Assembly (NCBI GenBank): GCA_000092065.1
Contig: CP000594.1
DNA: 64,000 nt
Direction: 5' to 3' (one strand)
Source: Ostreococcus lucimarinus
Taxonomy: Eukaryota
In this document: positions 39,915-49,753 of the stretch, in pieces
Layout of the letters: each line of letters opens with the position of its first letter
Numbering within the stretch: the first letter of the stretch is position 1
Program-made: the position numbers and the translations under genes
The notes under the pieces: generated by a model
The model's database searches: none
What the model saw: only the letters and a program-made list of their open reading frames with translations
What the model was told of the DNA's origin: nothing

Positions 39915-40357
39915 ATGTCGTGGACGTGGGATTCCTTCGCCAAGGGCGCCGCCGACGCCGCCGAGACCACGCGTCTGGTCGCCATCAAGGGTGCGTCTCC
40001 CTCCGCGCCTTTAAACTTCAAACTCACTTCAACTTCTTCGTCGACCCGTTCCCAGGCGCGAAACAGGCTGAAATCATGTACAAAGAGCGTAACATCACGT
40101 CCACGACGCAACAATTCGGCGTCGACTGCTTCGCGGCGATGGAGGCGAACGATCAGGCGCGCGCGGCGTCGCTCTTCGCCGCGGCCAAGCGCGAGGTCGA
40201 CGCGTACCGCGCCGACATCGCGCAGCTCAATCGCGAGATCGACGGCGTGAACGTCGAGATAGAAAATGTAGGTCGGGAGGACGCCGCGAGCGCGGCGCCG
40301 CCGGTCGTGCGGGCGACGCCGCCGAACGCGCGCGGCGCTTCGCTGCAAGACTTGTAA
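39915..40357 (+). CDS. Small (about 125 aa) coiled-coil protein encoded by two exons (39915..39990, 40056..40357)
   Basis: Exon 1 MSWTWDSFAKGAADAAETTRLVAIK ends at aag g|GTGCGT. The 65-nt intron ends ...cccag. Exon 2 continues, in the frame of the ORF-track ORF at 39773, as G-AKQAEIMYKERNITSTTQQFGVDCFAAMEANDQARAASLFAAAKREVDAYRADIAQLNREIDGVNVEIENVGRED... The CDS is 378 nt. Neither exon alone gives a sensible protein with an ATG. Confidence 0.5.
39991..40055 (+). other. 65-nt intron of the small two-exon gene
   Basis: GTGCGT donor, CAG acceptor, CTCAC about 30 nt upstream. It produces the frame switch between the two partial ORFs. Confidence 0.5.
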
Positions 40358-40420
40358 AGGTAACAACATTCTTCGAAATCGCGGCACACCGCGACGCCGC
40401 GCGTCGACGCGCGCGCGACG

Positions 40421-41278
40421 ATGCGGACCGCGCGCGCGACGCGCGTCGCGCCGCCGCCGAGGCGCGCTGGAAGCGCGAGACGCGCCGCGCGCGAGACGCA
40501 GACGCGCGCGAAAGGGCGAGCGCCGCCACATCGTTCGGGACACTCGTCGAGGATTTCGATCGCGACGCGCGCGTACGAGCGCGATCGCGACGATGATGCG
40601 TACGCGAACGCGCAGAGGGATGTGTTCGATGATCGAGCGTTGGTCAGAGCGCCCGCGCGGCGACGACGAGGGCGCGAGGGGGAGCGGGATGGACGACGAG
40701 GCGCGTTCGGCGACTTCAAGACGCCGCGGACGCCGACGGAGGCGATGCGGGCGCTGTTGTCGCCGTTCGGAGCGTTTGTCGTCGCCGCGATCGTGAGTGT
40801 GGCGAATCCAACGTTCATGACGAGCGGGCGAGAGGCGATACTGATGAAACTTTACGAAAGGCAGAGCGGCGGCGAAACCTCGGCGTACGTCAAGGACGGC
40901 GTTTTGTATCGCATGGACGCGTCGGGGAGCATGACGGCCAACGCGAAGGATGGGATCATGGTGGATAAGAATGGGGGGATATGGGTGATCGTTCCGCAGA
41001 AGGATGATGTGACGTTGATCAAGCAGAAGTATTACATGGGACAGATCGAAGACGTGCCGACGCTGCCGAAGAATCCGTCGGCGGCGGAGCAGAAAAAGTA
41101 CGACGAATTCATGGCCAAGTTGTTCGATTTCGAAAAGCTTCCGAACGTTAAGAAGGTGTACGATGGACCCTATCCCGTGCCCGTTCGTAAAGAGACGGAG
41201 AAATTCTTCCGCGAAGGGTTGCCCGCGAGCGTGATGGATGAAATCGAAGGTGTGGGCGCGTTGTTTGAACAACGATGA
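40421..41278 (+). CDS. Hypothetical protein: Arg-rich presequence-like N-terminus, one TM helix, conserved soluble C-terminal domain
   Basis: TM MRALLSPFGAFVVAAIVSVANPTF, then ...YVKDGVLYRMDASGSMTANAKDGIMVDKNGGIWVIVPQKDDVTLIKQKYYMGQIEDVPTLPKNPSAAEQKKYDEFMAKLFDFEKLP. ATG at 40421. Alternative internal ATG at about 40745. The long minus-strand ORF 39797..41320 is its antisense artefact. Confidence 0.45.
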   Translation: MRTARATRVAPPPRRAGSARRAARETQTRAKGRAPPHRSGHSSRISIATRAYERDRDDDAYANAQRDVFDDRALVRAPARRRRGREGERDGRRGAFGDFKTPRTPTEAMRALLSPFGAFVVAAIVSVANPTFMTSGREAILMKLYERQSGGETSAYVKDGVLYRMDASGSMTANAKDGIMVDKNGGIWVIVPQKDDVTLIKQKYYMGQIEDVPTLPKNPSAAEQKKYDEFMAKLFDFEKLPNVKKVYDGPYPVPVRKETEKFFREGLPASVMDEIEGVGALFEQR

Positions 41279-41316
41279 CGACGTGCGCGCTTTTAATACT
41301 GTACATCTACTTTGTT

Positions 41317-43038
41317 TCATCTAATTCTACTGTTCAACACCATTCGTATGTCGTCGCGAAGGCTCAAGATTTTTCGCGCGTGCTCAGCGCTCGCGTCTTC
41401 GATTTCAAACCTGATTTGCCGCGTCGCCTTTTCGAGCTCGCCGAGCGCGTGCTCGCGATCGTGCTTGATTTCCTCTTCGATCGCGAGTTTGTGCTCGTCG
41501 AGAATACCACCATCGCGCGTGATCGTCGCTGCGCGCGCAGATACTTCGCTCAGCGCGATTTGCGCCGATGACATCGCCTGACGAAGCTCATTCAACTCAA
41601 ACGATGCTTGCGACTTGTATGTCTCGAATTCGCCGCGAACGGCGAGGATTTCTTCGCGAACTTCCGCAATGGCGGCGTCGTACGTCTCTGCTTGATCCTC
41701 GAGCGCCTTTTCCAAAGCCTGCGCGTATAACTCGCCTCGTTTTCGCGCGTCCGCTTCGTTCTCGCGCAACGTTTTCATGTCCTGAAGCATGCGCTCCTCC
41801 TCTGCTCGCAGCGCTCTGAGCACGGCGTCTCGTTCGACGCGATCGCTTTCGTTCAAACCTTCTTCGTCCCGCACGACTTTTTCCACATCTTTGGCCATTG
41901 TTTCGGACACCTCACGAATTTCCGCGCTAGCGCGGAGGAGGAGCTTGACGTGCGCCGCCGTAGAAGTTTCGTAGTGCCGCGCCATGTCGTCTCTCGAGCA
42001 TCGAAAAACGCAACCAACCTCGTGAAATTCGCACAGCAACTCCACCGATGGGCACGTCAACTCCAAATGTTGCTTCATGTCCGCCGCAGATACCAGCGCG
42101 CCGCATCCCGCGGTGCACGCGCGACGAATCTTCACGCACACCTGCTTGTGACGAAGCGCGCTTCGCTCGCTCACGAGCGTTTGACAATCCGAGCACGCCA
42201 CCGTTCGCGCGTACTCGCACATCTCCTGTCTATGTCTCGCCAGCGCGTTTCGTTTCATCATCGCCGGACAGCATCGCGTGTGTTCATCCGCATCCGCCTC
42301 ATCGACGACGCCGCACAAAACTTCCTTCACCGGACAAATCTCTTCGTGCCGCGCCACCGCGTCGGCGTTCGTCATCGTCGCCCGGCACCCGTGCCTACAC
42401 GCCACCGGTTTATGCTCGCACACGTCCGCGTGATCCCTCGCGTACATCGCGCTCCCCACCCAATCACACCCCGCGTTCGCGCACCCCCTCGCGGCGTACG
42501 CGCACTCCTCCCGATGTCCCTCCAGCGCCCTCCTCGCGCACTCCGCCGCGCACGTCCCCGTCAACCGCCTTCCCGCGTCCCGCTCCGCGAGTCCGCAAAT
42601 CACAATCTTAAAATCGCACTCCTCCGCGTGTCGCGCCAGATCTGCGAACCGCACGATCGCCCCGCAGCATCGATCGCCGAATCCTCGATGATCGAGCGTC
42701 GCGCTCCCGTCCGCGCTCGCGTCGTCCCGTCGCCACGCGTACGGGCAGTGCGCGCGCAGGTTGGAGATTTCAAGCATCAGCGCCTCGTCCGCGACGTAAT
42801 CCTCCTCCGTCGCCGCGCGTCTGCACACCGCGCACGTACCGCTCTGTGCGATCGATTCGCGCGCGCACAGCGCGCACAGCGCGTGTCCGCACGGCGCGCG
42901 ACGCGGTTTTCGCAGCACGTCTTTGCACGCGGGACACATCGTCGAATCGGGCGGTCGCGACGCGAACACCACGCGCTCGCGCGACGCGGAGACGTAGACG
43001 ACGCCGTAGCCCTCGACGGCGACCGCGCGGAGCACCAT
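41317..43038 (-). CDS. TRAF-like E3 ligase: RING finger + multiple TRAF-type zinc fingers + C-terminal coiled coil
   Basis: RING CPACKDVLRKPRRAPCGHALCALCARESIAQSGTCAVC. Repeated C/H-rich TRAF-zinc-finger-like units (HCPYAW..., CEHKPVACRHGC..., CPVKEVLCG...). A long helical C-terminus. The ORF-track start at 43137 is TTG. The first ATG is at 43038. Confidence 0.65.
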   Translation of the reverse strand: MVLRAVAVEGYGVVYVSASRERVVFASRPPDSTMCPACKDVLRKPRRAPCGHALCALCARESIAQSGTCAVCRRAATEEDYVADEALMLEISNLRAHCPYAWRRDDASADGSATLDHRGFGDRCCGAIVRFADLARHAEECDFKIVICGLAERDAGRRLTGTCAAECARRALEGHREECAYAARGCANAGCDWVGSAMYARDHADVCEHKPVACRHGCRATMTNADAVARHEEICPVKEVLCGVVDEADADEHTRCCPAMMKRNALARHRQEMCEYARTVACSDCQTLVSERSALRHKQVCVKIRRACTAGCGALVSAADMKQHLELTCPSVELLCEFHEVGCVFRCSRDDMARHYETSTAAHVKLLLRASAEIREVSETMAKDVEKVVRDEEGLNESDRVERDAVLRALRAEEERMLQDMKTLRENEADARKRGELYAQALEKALEDQAETYDAAIAEVREEILAVRGEFETYKSQASFELNELRQAMSSAQIALSEVSARAATITRDGGILDEHKLAIEEEIKHDREHALGELEKATRQIRFEIEDASAEHARKILSLRDDIRMVLNSRIR

Positions 43039-43137
43039 CGCGGCGCGGCGCGGCGATCGCGTCGCGAGCGCGTTTCTGGCGGTTGGTCGGCGGCGGCGGC
43101 GCGTTTCGAGGCGGCGGCGCGCGGTCGGTCGATTCAA

Positions 43138-44145
43138 TCATGAACTATTGGACACGTTTCGGGCGACTTCTAAGTGCGCGTCGCGGTAACCTTCTCTGTG
43201 CGCTACCCATAACGGCAGGAACTCGCGCATGGAGATCTCGCCGCCGTTTCGATGGAACGCGAGCGCGACTTCGACGCCGAATCGCTCGTCGACGACCGGG
43301 ACGACGACTTCGTTCAGCGCCTCGGCGTAACGATCGGAGCCTGGACATTCGCAAGCGCACGCGTACTTCAAACAGTCCAAATGTCCTTTCCAGGCGGCAG
43401 ACGCGCACATCGTTTCGTTCCAATCACACCCGTTCTCGTGCGCGTACTTCAGACAGTCCAAATGTCCTTCCCAGGCGGCAGACGCGCACGTCCTCTCGTC
43501 CCAATCACACCCGCGCTCGTGCGCGTACTTCAAACACTCCAAATGTCCACCATCGGCGGCATTGTCGCACGTCCATGCGTCCCAATCACACCCTTGCTCG
43601 TGCGCGTACTTCAGACAGTCCAAATGTCCTTTCCAGGCGGCAGACGCGCACGTCCTCTCGTTCCAAGGATACCCGTGCTCGTGCGCGTACTTCAAACAGT
43701 CCAAGTGTCCATTCCAGGCGGCAGCGATGCACGTGTTCTCGTTCCAAGGACACCCGTTCTCGTGCGCGTACTTCAAACAGTCCAGATTTCCATAATAGGC
43801 GGCAATCGCGCACGTCCACTCGTCCCACGGCGCCACGTGCTCGCGCGCGAACTTCAAACATCCTGAACCCATAATGCGCGCAGCCCGCATGCACGCCCCC
43901 GCATGTACTGTTCGAAAGAAACTCTCCTTGTCATCAAACTCGCCACCGTCGCCAACCCGCCAACTCTCCTTGTCATCAAACTCGCCACCGTCGCCAACCC
44001 GGTACCAATCGACGCCGTCGCGTCTCAAATCTTGTAAAAACGACGCCACCGCATCCCTCACGTCGTCCGGGACGCGCACGAGTTCACGGATGAGTGCGTC
44101 GTAGACTTCATTCTGCCTCCGCGGCTCTTCCTCGTCGAACTCCAT
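43138..44145 (-). CDS. Ankyrin-repeat protein (6 tandem 33-aa repeats of the GHLDCLKYAHENGCPW-E-TC--AA type)
   Basis: TCAIAAYYGNLDCLKYAHENGCPWNENTCIAAAWNGHLDCLKYAHEHGYPWNERTCASAAWKGHLDCLKYAHEQGCDWDAWTC... The repeats are also visible at the DNA level. The ORF-track start at 44319 is GTG. The first ATG is at 44145 (MEFDEEEPRR). The N-terminal region has a 39-nt perfect tandem duplication (RVGDGGEFDDKES x2). Confidence 0.65.
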   Translation of the reverse strand: MEFDEEEPRRQNEVYDALIRELVRVPDDVRDAVASFLQDLRRDGVDWYRVGDGGEFDDKESWRVGDGGEFDDKESFFRTVHAGACMRAARIMGSGCLKFAREHVAPWDEWTCAIAAYYGNLDCLKYAHENGCPWNENTCIAAAWNGHLDCLKYAHEHGYPWNERTCASAAWKGHLDCLKYAHEQGCDWDAWTCDNAADGGHLECLKYAHERGCDWDERTCASAAWEGHLDCLKYAHENGCDWNETMCASAAWKGHLDCLKYACACECPGSDRYAEALNEVVVPVVDERFGVEVALAFHRNGGEISMREFLPLWVAHREGYRDAHLEVARNVSNSS

Positions 44146-44168
44146 CCCGCGCGTCGCGCCGTGGCGCG

Positions 44169-44213
44169 CGTCGTCTCGTCTCGTCTCGTCTCGTCTCGTC
44201 TCGTCTCGTCTCG
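44169..44213. repeat. (CGTCT)n pentanucleotide microsatellite (about 8 units) in the 5' leader of the ankyrin gene
   Basis: tcgtctcgtctcgtctcgtctcgtctcgtctcgtctcgg, immediately upstream of the first ATG of the ankyrin gene. Confidence 0.8.
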
Positions 44214-44522
44214 GAGGACCCGAACCGCCGCGAGTGACGGGAGGGTCAGCCAAAGTGACGCACTGTCGGAGCGTCGACCTCGCAAAAAACGGACCATCGA
44301 TAGGTAAAAATGCCGACACGAGCTCACAGTTAAACTAAAACCCTAAAAATATGATGCCGTATGCGATGAACACGCGTCCGCCACAGTGGGCTTCGACGAC
44401 GTGAAGTGGAGGAATGAGCGCCGCACTCGGGCGCCCCGCGCGCGGCGCCGCTGTGGCGAAAGTTACGGTTTTTTCGTCGTCAACAACCGTCGACTCGACG
44501 ACGCCGAGCGCGCGAGGCGCGA

Positions 44523-45641
44523 TCACCAGCGACGGGAATCTCGAGACTTGCCGACGCGGTCGGCGTCTCGCGACGCGACGTACGCCTGGTCGCGGCGATC
44601 CCAGCCGCCGCGAAAACCGCGCTGGCGGTCGCGGTCGCGATGTTGGTCGCCGCCGCCGGTTTTGTGTTCCTCGTACGGGACGTTCGGGAACGTCATCGAT
44701 GACTCCGGCGCGTGCGCTGACTTCGTGCTCGTCGACCACGTTTCGAAGACGCGATCGCGAGAGAAGACGAGCTGACGGTCGTCGCCGCGCTGCGTTTGTA
44801 AAGCCATGAGCTTGCGCACGTCGACGCCTCGCTTTTCCATCAGCGCCGTCTTCAAGGATTGATCGCGACTGATGATGAACGCGGCGTGCATGTCCTTGAG
44901 TTCGTCTGCGAACCAATCCGCGACGTCGTCTTCGCACATGTACATCTTGTACACGTAGCTCGCCAGCGCGAAATCCACGGCGCCGCCGCACGTCTCGGCG
45001 ACTTTACCGCTTCGCATGTCCCACTGAAAAAAACGCAACCCCAACGCCTCGGCGCTCGCGCGCCAGCTCTCTTCCAGATCTAAAGACACTAAATCTAACG
45101 TCACGCTCGGGAAATGCGCCTTGAAAAACTCTCGCACGGCGACCAACTCGAATCCCGGTCCGCCGCCGAGCGACGCCACTCGCCGCGTCTCCCCGTCTCC
45201 GCCCTTACCCACGTCCTCGAACACCCCTCGCGCGCGCGCGCGCTCGAGGCACGCCCACGTTTCCGTGAATCTCTGCACCGACTTGAATCGACAGTATTCG
45301 CGCTGTAATCCGAGATGCGCGTACTCCGTCTGCGACCACGTGACGTCCCGCTCGCGTATGCTCGGCTTCTTGGCGTAAATATCAACCCCCGAGCGCACGA
45401 TCGCTTCCCGCGCCGCGTCATCGGGCGCCAAGGTGGCGATCGCGGCGTCGAGCGCCGCGATGACGCGTCGAGCGTCGTCGAAGAGCTGTCCCAGCAGCGC
45501 CGCGCCCTGGGCGTTGGTGTGAAATGGCCACTTTCTGTTTCTGTCTTGGTAGTACTTGTACCCGCACGCGGCGGTCGATGTCGACGCGGGGGGGATGAGA
45601 ACGCCGTCGAAGACGTCGGTGCGTCGCTCGGGGGCGGACAT
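44523..45641 (-). CDS. Putative class-I SAM-dependent methyltransferase (family not resolved)
   Basis: Genuine ATG. Gly-rich motif-I-like VASLGGGPGFELVAV followed by an acidic motif-II-like LDLVSLDLEE. The N-terminal CGYKYYQDRNRKWPF region was not recognised. Confidence 0.45.
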   Translation of the reverse strand: MSAPERRTDVFDGVLIPPASTSTAACGYKYYQDRNRKWPFHTNAQGAALLGQLFDDARRVIAALDAAIATLAPDDAAREAIVRSGVDIYAKKPSIRERDVTWSQTEYAHLGLQREYCRFKSVQRFTETWACLERARARGVFEDVGKGGDGETRRVASLGGGPGFELVAVREFFKAHFPSVTLDLVSLDLEESWRASAEALGLRFFQWDMRSGKVAETCGGAVDFALASYVYKMYMCEDDVADWFADELKDMHAAFIISRDQSLKTALMEKRGVDVRKLMALQTQRGDDRQLVFSRDRVFETWSTSTKSAHAPESSMTFPNVPYEEHKTGGGDQHRDRDRQRGFRGGWDRRDQAYVASRDADRVGKSRDSRRW

Positions 45642-45803
45642 GGCGCCGATCGCGACCTGGCGCGCGCGCGTGTGTGAGGGACGGAGATTTGCGTGGTGAC
45701 TGAGTGAGTACTAAATACGCTGCTAGAAGTTGATCGTACTCTTCGCTCGCGACGCGCGTGACGTCGGAGAAAAGTGTATTGTACAAGGAAAATGTTCTCC
45801 CTA

Positions 45804-47612
45804 CTAGATCTCCAAGGCTGCGGTGCCTTCGCGAATTTCCGAATCGAGCTGAGACGCTCGGCGCGCGGCGAGGGCGTTCACGGCTACGAGCCAGCAGATG
45901 GCGATGGCGCTGTGACAGCATACGAGCACGGGGAGGGCGCCGATGATGGAGCCATACGCGAATATTAAGCCTTGCTGCATGAAGGATCCACCGGTTTTAC
46001 CGATTTGAGCGCCGAGGACGTCCACCGCGGCTTTACCTTTGGTTCGACTGTCTTCGTCGAGAGTGATGTACACCATCTCTTCAGCCGGTTTGAAGAGAGA
46101 AAACTTCGCCGCACGCTCGACGATGTAAATCACCGCGCCTCCTAAGACGAGCCAAGGCAAGATGGCGGACGACTGCGCGAGCTGTCCGTGACGAAGGGCG
46201 TAGATGGACGTTCCAAAGAACACCCACCCAAGAGCGATGACGGTTTTCGGCGTCACCGAGAGCGTCCCTTTCCATCCAAGATTCTTAAACAAGAACGGCG
46301 CGGCGACCATGAAGATGCCGGTAACCATTCCGCTGTACGTTTGTACGTCGCCCATGTACGCGGCGTAAGAGGTGGGATCTGGACGGTATATGCGCAACTG
46401 CGTCTTCCAAGCGACTTGGAAGATGATGGAGCTCAAACCTTGCGCGACAGCCATGACGGCCAGACACGCGACTTCGGGGGATTCGAAGACGTACATCAAC
46501 GAAGACAACAAACCGGCTTTCTTCGTCTTCTTGTTCGCCGCCTTGTCTGCGTCAGATTGGGTTTTAGAGTCTCGCTGCTTTTCCATCATCGCCGAGTTTG
46601 GATCTTTTCTCGCTTCGTCGCAAATGTACTTGTGGCACGCCATGATGGAAGCTCCGCAGAACATGACGACGGTCATGAACAACTTTAACTTTGCCGCCCA
46701 CATGTCTTCCGGTGCCACGCCCGCGGGATGCCACTGCGTGGTGACAAACTTCATGAAGAGCCCCGAGCACGCCTGCGCGACGTTGGCGCCGATGCCGAGC
46801 AAAGGATAAATGATACCAGCCTCGCTCACGCGCGTGATTTCGTTCGCCAAACCCCAAAATAGCAGACTTAACACGACATCACCCCAAAGCTCGCCGGCGA
46901 CGTAGAAGAGCGAATACGTCCAGTTCGTGAAGACGGCGATGCCGCCCGCGAGACCTCTCGGGAGCGTCGTCGCCAGCGTCGCCGCCAACTCGTACGGGTG
47001 TAAGACGTCTCGCATCGGATACAAAACCCCCGTGAACAGCGCGAAGAAGCACATGAAGAACGTCACCGCCATGTAAAACAACTTTTCCCGTCCAAACTTC
47101 GAGCTCAACCGCGCAAACAGCGACACGAACAGCAGACTCGTGGGCAAAACCGCGTACACCGTCAGGTACGGAATCTGTTCCGCCCCCCCGAACGCCGTCA
47201 CGACGAGCGTGTCCTTCACGGCGTCCATGATCGAGTTCGCGAACGCCATAAAGTAAAACATCAACGACATCGGCACCAATCGTCCCCAGAGGCCGTCCAT
47301 GGGCTTGAGAATCTTTCGCGCGTGCTTCGCGAAAAAGTTCTCTTCTCGCGCTTCGCCGCCGTCCCCAGCCGCCGCGCTCGCGGCGACGATCGCCCCTCGC
47401 ATCACCACCCCCGCTCGTCGTCCATAACACACCTCATTCGCGCGCGCGCACGTCTCCATCGACCATCTCTCACGATCCCGCGCCGTCGCGCGTTCGACGC
47501 GCCGTTCCGCGCGTCCCGCGCGTCCCGCCCGCCGCGTCTCCCCGCGCCCCACACGCGCGTCCGCGCGCGCGCGCGCGCGCGCCGCGATCACCGGCGCGCT
47601 CACGGCCGTCAT
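45804..47612 (-). CDS. NTT: Plastidic ATP/ADP translocator (NTT/TLC nucleotide transporter family)
   Basis: Genuine ATG, Arg-rich transit-like N-terminus, 11-12 predicted TM segments. Signature LLFWGLANEITRVSEAGIIYPLLGIGANVAQ as in plant NTT1/2 and bacterial Tlc. Confidence 0.85.
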   Translation of the reverse strand: MTAVSAPVIAARARARADARVGRGETRRAGRAGRAERRVERATARDRERWSMETCARANEVCYGRRAGVVMRGAIVAASAAAGDGGEAREENFFAKHARKILKPMDGLWGRLVPMSLMFYFMAFANSIMDAVKDTLVVTAFGGAEQIPYLTVYAVLPTSLLFVSLFARLSSKFGREKLFYMAVTFFMCFFALFTGVLYPMRDVLHPYELAATLATTLPRGLAGGIAVFTNWTYSLFYVAGELWGDVVLSLLFWGLANEITRVSEAGIIYPLLGIGANVAQACSGLFMKFVTTQWHPAGVAPEDMWAAKLKLFMTVVMFCGASIMACHKYICDEARKDPNSAMMEKQRDSKTQSDADKAANKKTKKAGLLSSLMYVFESPEVACLAVMAVAQGLSSIIFQVAWKTQLRIYRPDPTSYAAYMGDVQTYSGMVTGIFMVAAPFLFKNLGWKGTLSVTPKTVIALGWVFFGTSIYALRHGQLAQSSAILPWLVLGGAVIYIVERAAKFSLFKPAEEMVYITLDEDSRTKGKAAVDVLGAQIGKTGGSFMQQGLIFAYGSIIGALPVLVCCHSAIAICWLVAVNALAARRASQLDSEIREGTAALEI

Positions 47613-47981
47613 CGCGCGCGCGTTTCGCGCGCACGATCGACGCGCGCGCGTCGGCGTCGACCGAACCGTCGCCGTTTATTTAAACCTCGCTTTAAACGTC
47701 GCGAAATTTAAAATGTCGTCGCGCGTCGCGCGCGTCGAGCGACGCCGGTTCGGCGGCGACGAGGGAACGCGTTCGTGCGCGTCGTCGCGAGCGCTCGCGA
47801 CGCGGCGCGGCGTCGTCGCGACGCTGTGCCGCGGCGGCGCGCGCGCGCGGTCCGTTTGTCACGAGTATAATACAGGATGGGTTTTATTAGTGCCGTAATA
47901 AATCCTCGTATAGGAGTGTGTTTAGTGTGTAGTGTGTGTGACGCCGCCGACGGGACGCGCCGCGCGTCACATCCGCGCGCC

Positions 47982-49685
47982 ATGCTCGCCGCGCGCGTCA
48001 CCGCCGCGCGCGCGACGCTTCGCACGCGATCCGTCACGATGCGCGCGCACGTCCTGTGCGCCTCGCGTCGCGTCTCCGCGCGCGCCGACGTCAAAACGAG
48101 CGCGAACTCGAAGAGCCACAAGGTTCACCTTCGCGCCGGCGCGACGCCGCGCGCGACGACGACGACGCGCACCGCGCGCGCGGCGACGCGGACGCGCGCG
48201 AAAAATAAGTCCACGCAGGCGGAGGCGGAGAAATCGCGCGAGGGCGCGATCACCAAGCGGAGCGAGGATTTTTCAAAGTGGTACCTGGATTGCATCCGCG
48301 AGTGCCAACTCGTCGACTACGGACCGGCGCGAGGGACGATGGTGATCCGGCCGTACGGGTACGCGATATGGGAGGGGATTCAAAAGTATATGGATGCGAA
48401 GTTTAAGGCGACGGGGGTGCAGAACGCGTACTTTCCGCAGTTGATACCGTATTCGTTCATAACGAAGGAGGCGTCGCACGTGGAGGGTTTCGCGCCGGAG
48501 TTGGCGTTGGTGACGCGAGGGGGAGGGAAGGAGTTGGAGGAGCCGCTGGTGGTGCGACCGACGAGTGAGACGATTGTGAATAATATGCTATCGCAGTGGA
48601 TTCAGAGTTATCGGGATTTGCCGATGCTGTTGAATCAGTGGTGCAACGTGCACCGGTGGGAGATGCGCACGCGGCCGTTCATTCGCACGTTGGAGTTTCT
48701 TTGGCAAGAGGGTCACACCGCGCACGCGACGGCGGAGGAAGCGGAGGAGAGAGCTATGCAGATGATTCGTGTTTACGCCGAATTCGCCCAGACGCAGGCG
48801 GCGATGCCGGTGATTCCTGGGAGAAAGTCGCGCGTCGAATCCTTCGCCGGGGCCAACGTGACGTACACCATCGAGGCGATGATGGGAGATAAAAAGGCGC
48901 TTCAAGCGGGAACATCGCACAATTTGGGCGATAACTTCGCCAAGGCGTTCGACACTACGTTTTTAGACGACAAGGGCGAGACGCAGTACGTGCATCAGAG
49001 CTCTTGGGGGGTCTCTACGCGCTTGATTGGCGGTATTCTCATGACGCACGGCGACGATTCCGGGTTAATTTTGCCCCCGCGTTTGGCGCCGATTCAAGTC
49101 GTCGTGGTGCCAATTTGGAAGAAGGACGAAGAGAAGGAAGCGGTCATGGCATCTGTCGATAGCATCATTTCTTCTCTCTCCAACGCGGGCGTTCGAACCC
49201 ATCTTGACGCGGATCAAAGTAAGTCGCCGGGGTGGAAATTCAACCAGTACGAAATGAAGGGCGTGCCGATTCGCATTGAAGTCGGTCCGAAGGATGTCGC
49301 GAAGGGTGCGTGCGTCGTCGCTCGTCGCGATGTTCCGGGCAAGGAGGGTAAGGAGTTCGGCGTGAGTATCGAGCCAGCCGCGCTCGAGACCAAGGTCAAC
49401 GACGTGCTGAATGACATTCAAAACTCGATGTTGCAAAAGGCGACCGAGTTTCGCGACGCCAACATCGTCGACGTTAAAACTATGGACGAATTAAAGGCGA
49501 CGATTGAGGCGGGGAAGTGGGCGCGATGCGGCTGGGAAGGTACCGACGAAGAAGAAAAAGCCATCAAGGAGGAGACCGGGGCAACGATTCGGTGCTTCCC
49601 GTTCGATCAACCCGCGGGCGAGCACACGTGCTTGATGTCGGGTAAGCCGGCGAAGGAGGTGTGTATCTTTGCAAAATCGTACTAA
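47982..49685 (+). CDS. Prolyl-tRNA synthetase (eukaryote/archaeal-type class IIa with C-terminal Zn-binding domain) with an organellar-type presequence
   Basis: FSKWYLDCIRECQLVDYGPARGTMVIRPYGYAIWEGIQ. Class II motifs: FIRTLEFLWQEGHTAH, GTSHNLGDNFAKAF. The C-terminus ...RCFPFDQPAGEHTCLMSGKPAKEVCIFAKSY is typical of this ProRS type. The start is taken at ATG 47982 (MLAARVTAARATLRTRS). An upstream ATG at 47877 lies in an AT-rich leader. Confidence 0.85.
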   Translation: MLAARVTAARATLRTRSVTMRAHVLCASRRVSARADVKTSANSKSHKVHLRAGATPRATTTTRTARAATRTRAKNKSTQAEAEKSREGAITKRSEDFSKWYLDCIRECQLVDYGPARGTMVIRPYGYAIWEGIQKYMDAKFKATGVQNAYFPQLIPYSFITKEASHVEGFAPELALVTRGGGKELEEPLVVRPTSETIVNNMLSQWIQSYRDLPMLLNQWCNVHRWEMRTRPFIRTLEFLWQEGHTAHATAEEAEERAMQMIRVYAEFAQTQAAMPVIPGRKSRVESFAGANVTYTIEAMMGDKKALQAGTSHNLGDNFAKAFDTTFLDDKGETQYVHQSSWGVSTRLIGGILMTHGDDSGLILPPRLAPIQVVVVPIWKKDEEKEAVMASVDSIISSLSNAGVRTHLDADQSKSPGWKFNQYEMKGVPIRIEVGPKDVAKGACVVARRDVPGKEGKEFGVSIEPAALETKVNDVLNDIQNSMLQKATEFRDANIVDVKTMDELKATIEAGKWARCGWEGTDEEEKAIKEETGATIRCFPFDQPAGEHTCLMSGKPAKEVCIFAKSY

Positions 49686-49753
49686 AAGGAGCGCGCGCAG
49701 TAGAGCTTGTCATATCTATCAAGTGCATGTTTATCACATCTAGTCGTACTAGT

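Noticed and set aside
39797-41320. 507-aa minus-strand ORF
   Set aside because: It is antisense to the 40421..41278 gene and to the spliced small gene. The sequence is low-complexity H/R/L-rich with no recognisable domain.
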